From assembly GCA_013239625.1 (NCBI GenBank), contig MU054358.1, positions 1-39,730 of the forward strand: a stretch of 39,730 bases of DNA. The letters run 5' to 3'. The notes beneath the pieces were generated by a model. The model did no database searches and was not told where the DNA came from. It saw only the letters and a program-made list of their open reading frames with translations. The stretch is from Lama guanicoe. Lineage: Eukaryota. Within the stretch, counting starts at the first letter, position 1. Each line of letters opens with the position of its first letter. The position numbers were made by a program, and so were the translations under genes. Below are positions 25,319 to 35,975 of this stretch, in pieces.

Positions 25319-25356
25319 CTTTCTTTCTTTCTTTCTTTCCTTTCTTTCTTTCTTTT

Positions 25357-25387
<31 letters not shown>
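25319..25387 (+). repeat. (TTTC)n plus long poly(T) tract
   Basis: Directly visible pyrimidine-only run of ~69 nt. Confidence 0.95.
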
Positions 25388-25392
<5 letters not shown>

Positions 25393-25411
25393 TCTCCATT
25401 GTAAAATTTCC

Positions 25412-25860
25412 TTTTCTTTTTTTTTTAATTGAAATATAGTCAGTTACAACGTGTCAATATTGGTGTACAGCAGAGTGTCCCAGTCATGCATATACATATA
25501 TATATTTGTTTTCATATTTTTAATAAAAGTTACTACAAGATATTGAATATAGTTCCCTGTGCTATATAGAAATTTATTCTTCATTTTTACATATTGTGGT
25601 TAACATCTGCAAATCTCAAACTCCCAAACTTATCTCCTCCCTTCCACTTTACCCCAGTAACCCACAAGTTTGTTTGCTATGTCTGTGAGTCTCTTTCATA
25701 GCCAAGTTCATTAGTGTCCCCCCCCCTTTTTTTTTTTTTAGATTCCACATATGAGTGATATCATATGGTATTTTTCTTTCTCTTTCTGGCTTATGTCAAT
25801 TAGAATGACAATCTCCAGGTCCATGCATGTTGCTGCAAATGGCATTATTTTATTCTTTTG
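25412..25860 (-). mobile_element. L1 3'UTR fragment
   Basis: Similar to ~17990-18440: 'gattccacatatgagtgatatcatatggtatttttctttctctttctggc'. Confidence 0.9.
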
Positions 25861-25877
25861 TGTATGTGTGTGTGTAT

Positions 25878-25967
25878 TTATTTTTTTCTAATGGATTCAC
25901 TGGGGATTGAACCCAGAACCTTGTGCATATTAAACACATAATCTACCACAGAGCTATTCCCACCCCC
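25878..25967 (-). mobile_element. tRNA-derived camelid SINE, Vic-1-like
   Basis: Reverse complement: ggggtgggaatagctctgtggtaga...gcacaaggttctgggttcaatccccagt...A-tail, with A and B boxes. Confidence 0.8.
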
Positions 25968-27079
25968 TGAGGTTTGCTCCTTTTAGTAGAGGGACATACT
26001 CTTCCTGCACCCTTTTGTAAAGATACCTGTTTTATTGGAATGATCCCTGGTAGAGGAAGCCTGGACAGGGGAAGGGATGCTAGAGACCCAGCAGTAAACA
26101 GGAGGCAGGTTCCGAGCCCCCTTCTGCCCTTGCCTCTCTTGGTGAGACAGTCATGCTCTGCCGGCACCAGCTGGCCTTGCATGATGTGCCCTTCACTGTA
26201 CTAGGTATGGATGCTGCCAGGACCCCCTGCTGACTCACCCAGGGGATCTGGGTGGGCAGGAGAGGAGGCCACAGCTAGATGACTTCCTGCACTCACCTGA
26301 GGTTTTCTGCACCCATTTGAGAAAGATCATCCCCAGGAATAACCTTTGACAGGGCTTCAAGTTAGCCTTGCCTGGGAGGGACAGCCCAGCAGTGCACCAT
26401 CCCTGAAGGCCACCAACCACCATGGTACTTGCCTTCAAGCCAGGGATCGTCTGCCTGCCTCTTTCCTGGGAGCTCCAGCTGGCTTCATTGGTGGTTGACT
26501 TGAAAACTGGTGCTAGGCTGCCTGCCCTGGGGGTATGTTTGAATCAGGTAGGGGGCAGTGGCCTCTGCCAGATTTCTGGCTTGATTCACCCTTCATTCCC
26601 AGTCCTAACCCCAGAGGCCATGTCAGAAAGAGGCATGGGTGCTACTGAGTGCCCTAGACCCACGCTGTCCCCTAGTCAGCCTGAGGGAAAGATCAAAGCT
26701 TGGCTTCAGTGGATGCTTCTGTGTTGTCTCTATTTGGAAGGAATCTTGGCAGAGATTGTGTGTTGCCTCCTCAGGAACCAGGATATAATTCACACCTTGA
26801 TATAATTGTCTTACCTTTTGTCTGGATGGCTGCCTTTATTTTCATAGGAAAGATCAAGGGTATCTGTCAGCCTCAGGAGTTGTCAGGTCAGAACATCTGG
26901 TCCCAAGTCAGACAGGCTCCTTGGTGCCACCTAGTGTCAGGTGTAGCCCTTGGCAGGGAGAATGCCCACAAATGGGGATTCACCCCTAAGTCAATTCTTG
27001 GGTCCTGGCACAGTGGGAGTAGAGAGAGAGCACTTTTCTTTCTTCCTAAATATAATAGTCGAGTGGCAGTGACTGAGTT

Positions 27080-27560
27080 GGCATGAATGAAATAATGCTA
27101 CATGGTAGTGAGCACAAAGAGCTCATGGGGAACACACAGGAGCGTCCTGAGAGTTCAGAGCAGGGGCCATGGGTGTGAGAGGATGAACAAGACATGGGAA
27201 GATGGAGGAGAGAAATGCAGAGTGAGGGGGTGAATGCAAGTGGGGTGCTCAGTTTAGGGCAGCAGCTGAAGGGGAAACTGAGATAAGATTGGAGAGGAAG
27301 ATGGGAGCCTTGAAAGCTGAAAGATACGGTTTGAAGTTCACCTTGTAAGTTCTGGGGACACTTTGAAAATTTTCAGCAGGGAAGTGACAGGTTGAGAAAG
27401 GTGGATTGGAATGTTGATATGGTCAGATCCCCACCTGTGACAACCATGCAGAGCCAGCAGTGCTCTAAGGAATGCAGAACAAACCAGGGGTGGAGACACA
27501 TGTGAAACAGGCAGGCGAGGGAGCTGTTGAATGCCTTCCCAAGACTGGATGAATTCAAGC
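27080..27560 (-). mobile_element. Decayed L2 fragment
   Basis: Purine-rich antisense L2 motif 'ggggacactttgaaaattttcagcagggaagtgacagg'. Confidence 0.5.
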
Positions 27561-28309
27561 TAAAATCCACCTCTCTGATTGTGGCAGCCAGCTCTCCTCC
27601 CTGGGGCCCGAGGGTTTCAACATCAGAGCCCTCAGCAGCCACACAGCCAGTCCCACCTCAGGGATGAATTTCTTCAGAAGCTGTAGTTATTAGGCTGAGA
27701 GTGGAACCAGGAAACTGACTCCTGGATTTCTGGCTTGTCCTGGGGTGCTTTTGACCCTCCATCCCCAGAGGCAGACTTCCAGGCCACAAGGGATGTCTCC
27801 TCCCCACAGCTTCCAGCCATCTCTAGTCTGGCAGGAGCTGCCCCAGGCTCTTGGCTTTACTGTTCCTCCCACAGGGCTTCACACGCTGCTGAGCTTGCAG
27901 GAAATGTGCTTCCTGAAGCTGGCACGTCCCCATGCAGGTTGAGAGCTGCAGGCCTCAGCCTGAGGGATGACTCTGCTGGGGTTGACATGTGTCTCAGGAA
28001 CTCACAGCAGCTTCTCCCTCCTCAGGTAGGCAGTGACGGGGTGGCTGTGTGGCCCTTTCGACTCCTGCAAGCATCACTCAAAGGAAGTTGATTCTCCTGC
28101 AGTGGAAGGCAGGATGAAGAAGGGACTGCAGAGGGGGTCATGAAGGGTACAGTACCCTCTGGGTGGTGACAGGGGTGCCACAGTCAGGGCAGCAGAAGGC
28201 AAAAAGAAGGGCAGCATGTGGCCCCTGGAAAGGGTGATCCCAATCCCCTCACTGGAGGGCTCAGGCTTATCTGCACAGGGAGGGGGTAGGTGCCAAGAGT
28301 GGAGTGTAC

Positions 28310-28311
<2 letters not shown>

Positions 28312-28359
<48 letters not shown>
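28312..28359 (+). repeat. (TG)24 microsatellite
   Basis: Uninterrupted TG run. Confidence 0.98.
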
Positions 28360-28363
<4 letters not shown>

Positions 28364-29342
28364 TTGAGCCCACACCAAGCCTCATGCTGAGACACTGCAT
28401 TCCTGCTGGCATGCTGGCAGGCTGCTCTAGATGTCTTCCTGCCCCAGAGTCACTATGGAGTCTGCTCAGAATCTAGCGCCATATTCTCCAAATTCAGGAC
28501 AAGATCTGGCAAAATTCCCTCCCTTTACCACCTACCCTTTCACTTTGGAGGGAAGAAGCCACCTGACTGGCCAGCCCTCTACCCCTACTCTCCAGGGAGG
28601 CCCAGGGTGGGATCTGCATGGCTTGTCCTGCCAGATTTGAACAAAGCAGTTTCCCCAGGCTGGGCACTCTTGGTTTCCCTCTCTGTAGCTGGAAAAAGGC
28701 AGTGGGGCTAGGGGTGCTACTGTTCAGGAGGATAGAGTTGGGAGGGGGCAACACAGAGGACCCGAGGCTAGCAGGGAAAGGCTTGGCCTGAAAATCAACG
28801 TGTTAGAAGATGGCTGGCAATTCAGGCACTTGGCTCATTCTTCCCAAGGCTTACTTGTAGGCCTCAGTTTCCCCAACTTACAAAGTTGGAATCTTGCAGT
28901 TCCTGACTCTGATTAATGATGGCTCCTGTGTTGGCTCTTGGAGGAAGGGTCTGAGGAAGCAGGAGATGGGGCAGACTGCTTTTTCCTTCACAGTTAATAG
29001 CCAATTGCTCCCAAGGAATCCAGCCCCTCCCCCAGATGATCAGGTGCAAGTTTGCATATCCATTAGCTCCCTTATCTCCTCTGAGGAATTTGGGTCCTGC
29101 TGGAATTTTTCCAGCCAGGTCACCTTAGAGGCCACCAGCCCATCTGGTCACTAGGCTGCCTCCCTTTCAGCAGCTGCCAGGGCACACAGCCCCCTTTCAG
29201 GGTCTGGGGTGGTGTTATCCCAGGGACCAAAAGACTCTGGGGGTGGAGACAGGGAAGCCTTGTCACTGCCTCTGGGCTGCTCCCCTGCCCCCCCCCCCCT
29301 CCCTCCCCCACATTCTGAAGCCCCCTCCCCACCTCCTGGTTC

Positions 29343-29438
29343 NNNNNNNNNNNNNNNNNNNNNNNNNNNNNNNNNNNNNNNNNNNNNNNNNNNNNNNNNN
29401 NNNNNNNNNNNNNNNNNNNNNNNNNNNNNNNNNNNNNN
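29343..29438. other. Assembly gap of 96 N
   Basis: N run flanked by C-rich tracts. Confidence 0.99.
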
Positions 29439-29439
29439 C

Positions 29440-30170
29440 CCCCCACCCGGTTTCGTTTTGGCGGCAGAAAGACTAACCAGCTGGGGAACTGAGGGCTGAG
29501 CGTCCCCAGGCGGAGGTCCCCGCTCCTAGGGAGGGGGTGCGAAGTACAGAAGATTGGGGCCCGCCCCTCGTTGGCACTGGGGGCACCCCGAGTCCTCCGC
29601 TCACCTGCGCACCCCTCCCCCGGGCCCGCCCCGCCCCTCCCCGGCTCCGGCTGGGGGTGTCCCGGGGGCCGCGCCGAGCCGGGTCCGGCGCTTGAGCGCA
29701 GCCGTCCGCCCGCCTGTCTGGGAGCGGCGCGGGGACGCCGGCCGGGATCGCCGAGGCCGAGGCGCACTGTAGGGGCCGGGCTGGGGCCATGCTGGGCCGG
29801 GGGCACGTCTTAGCCCTGGAGCCGCTTGGCGGCAGGGATGAGTCGCCCACCCCTGGCCCACCGAGTTCTCTTGCCCCAGAGCAGGCTCCCGCGCCCGGGC
29901 CCGGTTCTGTGTTCCCCGCCCCACCCCGCAAAGGCCAGCCCGAGGCTCGAGACCTGACGGCGCCCTCCATCTCCTTCGGAAGGGCCGAGGGATCGCAGTT
30001 TGCACGTTTGGACACTCTTGGCGTTAAACCGGCCATCACCTCCATCCCACTTCCTCTGGGTCCACTTCCCTCTAATTCCACGTCTGGAGGCTTCTCCGCC
30101 CGGCCCCTGCCCCAGCCCCAGCCTGCAGTTGCGAAAGTTTCCTCAGCGGCGGCAGCGGACCCCTTTCCAA
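29440..30170. promoter_or_regulatory. CpG island with GC boxes; possible - strand first exon ending at 29605
   Basis: Dense CpG; 'cccgccccgcccc' near 29625-29637; - strand donor CAG|GTGAGC. Confidence 0.8.
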
Positions 30171-31127
30171 AGGAGCCAGGCAGGGGTGGACATCCTGGCC
30201 CACTCCCTTGCCCAAAGGGGCCTGGTTTGGCATCCAACTGTCCCGCATGCAGGGTGCCGGTTGGGAGACCAAGACAGCCCTCCATCCTCTGCAGTTTCAG
30301 TTTCTGCATCTTTACAATCAGGGCATCCAGATCTTAGGAGAACCTGGCACAGGCCGGGGGTGGGGGTGTATTATTTTATTTTTTTATCACAGTTAAAGAT
30401 CTAAATTTTTTAAAGTTTTATTTTCAATAGGTATAATCATGCTTTGGAGGGTGGGTGTGGGCTAATAAAACTTACAAGTCATTGGTTTATAAGTCAGAAA
30501 GCCATTAATTCACTTGTTTATGCTTTCTTGTTATTAGTATAGTGATGTATTTGGCTTAAGATATAGATGTCAAACACCTGGTAGAAGTGCCAACAAGTTC
30601 TCCTATAATTCCCAAATGTGAAATGTGAGTGGATAATCCCAAATGGAATTGGATCATTTTACAGAATATTTCCTACCTTTGGGATATTACCGCCAACTCA
30701 CTGCATAGTACAACACTGCCAACTCACTACAGAGTATAACTTTCTAATGACTATAACTCCCAAAAGTAATATCATCCTTGGGTAAGCCCTGATGAAATAT
30801 TACTCTTCCTCTCTCCCTTTTAAGTCATTTTTAGATTGAGCCTGAAACTTCTGTCATTGCATTCCCTCATAACATTGCTATATCCTACAATAAGACATTT
30901 CTTAACTGGTTATATTTTAGCAGAACTGCTTCTTGCCAACACGTGAAATGTATTAATCTGACAATGTCTTTCTTCTCCATGGTGTGACACATACTGGTGC
31001 TGTGCCCTCCAACATAGCAGCTGTAATTTCAGTTGCTTCCCAGTCAAAAAAAAGTTTCTGGCATAACTCAATAAATTGTGCTCAATGAATATGACTTGAA
31101 TAAATAAATATCAAAGACCTTCATACA

Positions 31128-33145
31128 TTTTTTAAATTTATTTTTGTTGAGTTGTAATTGGTTTACAATGCTGTGTCAATTTCTGGCATACAGCACAATT
31201 TTTCAGTCATATGTGAATATATACATATATATTCATTTTCATATTCTATATCCCCGTGAGCTACTTACTGCAAGATGTTGAATATATTTCCCTGTGCTAT
31301 ACTGTACTAACAAGTTTATCTATTCTATATATACCTGTCATTATCTACAAATCTAGAACTCACAGTCTGTCCCTTCCCACCCCTATTGCCCTTGGCAACC
31401 ACAAGTTTGTATTCTATGTGTGTGAGTCTGTTTCTGTTTTAAGTTCATTTGTCTTTTTTTTTTTTTTTTAGATTCCACATGAGTGATATCATATGGTATT
31501 TTTCTTTCTCTTTCTGGCTTACTGCACTTAGAATGACATTCTCCAGGGACATCCATGTTGCTGCAAATGGCATTATGTTTTCATTTTTTATGGCTGAATA
31601 GTAATTCCAAAAGTGGCAATATACCACAACTTCTTTATCCTGTCATCCTCTAGATGGACATTTAGGTTGTTTCCATGTCTTAACTACTGTGAATAGTACT
31701 GCTGTGAACATTGGGGTGCAGGTGTCTTTTTGAATTAGGATTCCTTCTGAATATATGCTGAAGAGTAGGATTGCTGGGTCATATGGTAAGTCTATTCTTA
31801 ATCTTTTGCAGACTCTCCATACTAATTTCTGCATTGGTTGCACCTAACTTCATTCCCACCAACAGTGTTGGAGGGTTTCCATTTCTCCACAGCCTATGTT
31901 TTCTTCTAGGAGGTTTATTGTATTTTGTCTTTTTATAGGTCTTTAATCCGTTTTGAGTTTATTGTTGTGTGTGGTGTGAGGGAGTGATCTAGCTTCACTA
32001 ATTTACATGCTGCTGTCCTGTTTTCCCAACACAATTTCCTGAAGAGTCTACCTTTATTCCAATGTATGTTCTTGCCTCCTTTGTCAAAGATTAATTGACC
32101 AAAAGTTTGTGAGTTCATTTCTGGGCTATCTATTCTGTTCCATTGATCCATATGCCTGTTTTTGTACCAATACCATGCTGTTTGGGTAACTGTCGCTCTG
32201 TATTATTGTCTGAAGTCTGGGAGAGTTATTCCTCCAGCTTCATTCTTTTTCTTCAGTAATGCTTTGGCAATTTTGGGTCTTTCGTGATTCCATATAAATT
32301 TCATTATGATTTGTTCCAGTTCTGTGAAATATGCCCTGGGCAATTTGATAGGGATGGCATTAAATCTGTAGATTGCCTTGGGCAGTATGATCATTTTAAC
32401 ACTATTGATTCTTCCAATCCAGGAGCATGAGATATCTTTCCATTTTTTAAAGTTTCTTTAATTTCCTTAAGCAATGTCTTGTAGTTCTCTATATATAAGT
32501 CTTTCACCTCTTTGGTTAGATTTATTCCTAGGTATTTTATTACCTTGGGTGCTATTTTAAAAGGGATTGTTTCTTTACTTTCTTTTCCCATTGATTCATC
32601 ATAAGCATAAAGAAATGCAACTGATTACTCTACATTATTCTTGTATCCTGCTACCTTGCTGAATTCTTCTATTAATTCTAGTAATTTTTGTGTGGAGTTT
32701 TTAGGGTTTTCTATATACAGTATCATGTCATCTACATATAGAGACAATTTTAACTCTTCCTTTCCAATTTGGATCCCCTTTATTTCTTTTTCTTCCCTGA
32801 ATGCTGTGGCTAGGGCTTCCAAGACTATTTGAATAGAAGTGGTGAGAGGGGACAACCTTGTCTTGTCCTAGATTTTATTGGGAAGGTTTTCCATTTTTCA
32901 CCATTGAGTGCTAGGCTGGCTGTATGTTTGTCCTGAATAGCTTTCATCATGTTGAGATATGTTCCCTCTATACGTACATTGGTGAGGGTTTTTATCATAA
33001 ATGGGTGTTGCATTTTATCAAATGCTTTTTCTGCATCTATTGAGATAATCATGTGATTTTTGTCCTTTGTCTTGTTGATGTGGTGTATTACATTGATTGA
33101 TTTCTGTATGTTGAACCATCCTTGTGTTCCTGGGATGAAGTCAAC
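31128..33145 (-). mobile_element. Young L1, 5'-truncated, with part of the RT domain and an internal deletion
   Basis: [51 protein letters not shown]; 3'UTR and poly(T) at left. Confidence 0.95.
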
Positions 33146-33765
33146 TCAAGCAGATAAAGAATATTTACAAAAACCCACAATTAAAACTATTTCTTATGAT
33201 CAAAGACTGAATTCTCTCTCCCTAAGACTGGGAGCAAGGCAAGGTGTTCACTCTTACTATGCTTATTCTTTATAGTACTGGAAATTATACATACTGCAAA
33301 AGACAGGAAAATCCTTCCAGTTCTAAAGGAAGAAATAAAATAAAATTATTGCTATTGCAGGTGACATGTTTATCTATGTAGCTGGAGATAATCCAAAAAA
33401 AAAAGAATCTACAAAAAACTTCTAGAACTGATAAGTGAGTTCATTAACATTGCAATACCAGCATTCAAAACTCAACTGCACTTTTAAATAATAAAAACAA
33501 ATATTCATAAAGCATACTTTTAAAATAAAATACCAATTGTAATTACTGAAAAAAATGAAGTACGTAGTTGTAAATCTAATAAAATACATATAGAACTTGT
33601 ATACTAAAAACTATGAAGTGCTGATGAAAGAAAGCAAGAGGTTCTAAATAAATGAAGAGTCACTGTTTTTATGATTTGGAAGGCTCAGCATAGTAAAGAT
33701 GCCAATTTTCCTTATACTAATCATAGGTTTACAGCAATTGATATGGAAATGTTAGCGAACTTTCT
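33146..33765 (+). mobile_element. Older L1M ORF2 fragment
   Basis: 'ccctaagactgggagcaaggcaagg', 'ctagaactgataagtgagttcattaacattgca'. Confidence 0.8.
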
Positions 33766-33799
33766 TTTTTGTTTTGTTTTGTTTTGTTTACATATGTAT

Positions 33800-34315
33800 T
33801 TTCAATTAATAGGCTTTACTTTTTTAGAGCACTTTCAGGTTCACAGCAGAATTTAGCAGAAAATACAGAGTGTTCACACATAGCCCTCCCCACTCAACCG
33901 TATATACTCCCCTACCCTCAACATCACTCATCAATGTGACATATTTGGTGCAATTGAAGAATCAACATGAGCACATTATTATCAATCAGAGGCCACAGTT
34001 TACATAATGGTTCACTCTTAATGTTGTACATTCTATGGGTTTTGACAAATGCATAATGACGTGTAGCCACCATTGTAATATACAGAATAACTTCATTGCC
34101 CTAAAAATCCCTTGTGCTCCATTTATTCCTCCCTCTCTCGCTCTCCCCAAACACCTAGAAACCATGATCTTTTTATTGTTTCTGTAGATGTGTCTTTTCC
34201 AGATTATTATTTGATTTGGTTGGAACAGTTGGTAGCCTTTTCAGACTGGCTTTTTCATTTAGTGATATGTCTTTTAAGTTTCTTACATGTCTTCCATGGC
34301 TTGATAGCTCATTTC
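33800..34315 (-). mobile_element. L1MC-like 3' end
   Basis: 'ttttttagagcactttcaggttcacagcagaatttagcagaaaatacagag', 'gttgtacattctatgggttttgacaaatgcataatgac'. Confidence 0.8.
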
Positions 34316-34439
34316 TTTTTCTTCTTCTTCTTTTATTTTTTTACTGCACATATATTTTTAAATTTACATGTATGTACTGTTCAGTGTTTCTAAGAATGTT
34401 TAGAGCTTTAGCGTTTTAAAATTACATAGTTATCAAAGG

Positions 34440-35450
34440 AATAAAGCCAACCACAAAACAAGAATTAATTCAAAAAGATACATAAACTCTGTTATTAACA
34501 GCAACATTATTTATAATTGCCCAGATATGGAAGCCTCCTTAGTGTACACCAATATTTAAATAGATAATAAAGATGCAGCATATACATACATATGTAATGG
34601 AATAAATCTCACCCATGAGAAAGAAGGATATTTGCCATTTGTGGTCCTTCATTCTCTTTTTTTAATTTCAATAACCAGAATTTTACAACCAGCAGAAACA
34701 TTTACATTACATTGAAAACAACAAAATACCTAGAAATAAACTTAACCAAGGGGGTTACCTATACTCCGAAAACCAAAATGACACAAGGAATGGAAAGATT
34801 TCTTGTGCCTTGGATTGGAAGAATCAACACTCCAAAATGGCCACACTACCCAAATCAATCCACAAATCCTATGCAACCCCCATCAAAATACTCACAACAT
34901 TCCTCACAGAACTAGAAATAATAATTCCAAATTTTTTAAGGAACCACAAAATCCCTGAACAGCCAAAGCAATCTTTTCTAGGTCTTTTTATTTTTTAATC
35001 TTTCTTCTTTTTGTTCTCTTTTCTTATTTGATGACTAGAGAAGTTCCTTTAATATTTATTATTAAGCTGCTTTGGTGGTGCTGAAATGTTTCAGCTCTTG
35101 TTCATCTGTGAAGCTTTTGATTTCACCATCAATGTACACTTTAAACTTTAAAACATGAAAGAAATGAAGAATGGACTTTAGTTGATACTAATGTGTCACT
35201 ATTGACTCACCAGTTGTGACAAATGAGACATACAAATAGAAGATCTTAATATTATGTGAAACTGGTTGAGGGGGTTATGTGAACTCTGCACTGTCTTTGC
35301 ATCTTTTCCAGAAATCTAAAGCTACTCTAAAATACAAAATTTATTTAAATAAAAATAAAGAAATAAAAATTTACTGAAAATCATTGAATTGTCCCTTGTT
35401 ATAAGTGAACTTCATGGTATATAAATCACACCTCAACAGAGCTGTTTAAA
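34440..35450. mobile_element. Mosaic of short L1 fragments in both orientations
   Basis: Includes + strand KYLEINLTK and WIGRIN at ~34712-34975 and L1M 3'UTR ends at ~35140-35450. Confidence 0.7.
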
Positions 35451-35470
35451 CAGTTAATAAGGCCAGAATG

Positions 35471-35601
35471 GGAGCAGGGCTGGGCTTGGGCAGGGTCAGG
35501 GAAGGGTCAGAGCCCAGGCTTAGGGGCCAGACTCAAGGCTGGTTAAGACCAGGATCAGGCCAAGGTCAGGCAGGGGTTAATTGGGGATCAGGCAGGGGTC
35601 A
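35471..35601 (+). repeat. Degenerate 11-bp-period array of RGGTCA-like hexamers (chained DR5)
   Basis: GGGTCA at 35493 and 35504; GACTCA, GGTTAA, GGATCA, AGGTCA, GGGTTA, GGATCA, GGGTCA at 35530, 35541, 35552, 35563, 35574, 35585, 35596. Confidence 0.7.
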
Positions 35602-35613
35602 GCAAGCTTGATA

Positions 35614-35838
35614 ATGGGCATGAGGGTGTGGATCTTTGAAGTCCAAAGCCAGCCTGTGGCCCTCCTCTGGATGCTGCTGCTTCCCCCAGCCACCCTGGAG
35701 CTGTGGGGGTCCTCCAACAGGGACCTGGCCACCCCTGGTCAGGCTCCAGGTGTGAAGAGGCCAGTGAAGAGTGGTGCACTGACTCCTGATGGGCAGTGGT
35801 TGGCTCCTGGAGCCTCAGGTGCAACTGGGGCCTCAGGG
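35614..35838 (+). pseudogene. Putative exon 1 of the protease: signal-peptide-like segment plus P/G/A-rich pro-region; 3' boundary uncertain
   Basis: ataATGg context; MGMRVWIFEVQSQPVALLWMLLLPPATLEL...TPDGQWLAPGASGATGASG; no strong donor remains. Confidence 0.5.
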
Positions 35839-35949
35839 CGGAGTTGAGACCGGTTACACAAGAGGGCCTCAGTGGGATGCGCTGTGACCAGGGCCTGGGT
35901 GACCTGAGTCACTGTATCTCATCTCCTCTCTGTCCTTGCCTCCAAACAG

Positions 35950-35975
35950 GCAGCCCAGAGATCACCTCAACACAG
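35950..35975 (+). pseudogene. Putative 26-bp micro-exon 2 of the protease
   Basis: 'ctctgtccttgcctccaaacag|'...'cag|gtgggt'; one frame reads SPEITSTQ, resembling recalled human VAPETTSSK. Confidence 0.55.

Noticed and set aside
28074..28476. ORFs with HT/CV repeats
   Set aside because: Translations of the (TG)24 microsatellite
29120..30404. ORFs up to 278 aa over the CpG island; considered a PRXL2C/AAED1 first exon on a synteny guess
   Set aside because: P/G/R/A-rich in all frames, some cross the N gap; no match to the recalled PRXL2C sequence and none of its downstream exons found
30689..30740. CRISPR-like direct repeats
   Set aside because: Only two adjacent units, no spacer, mammalian context
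31445..33052. Reverse-transcriptase-like ORFs as an active element or novel RT system
   Set aside because: Ordinary L1 ORF2 fragments with stops and frameshifts, 5'-truncated
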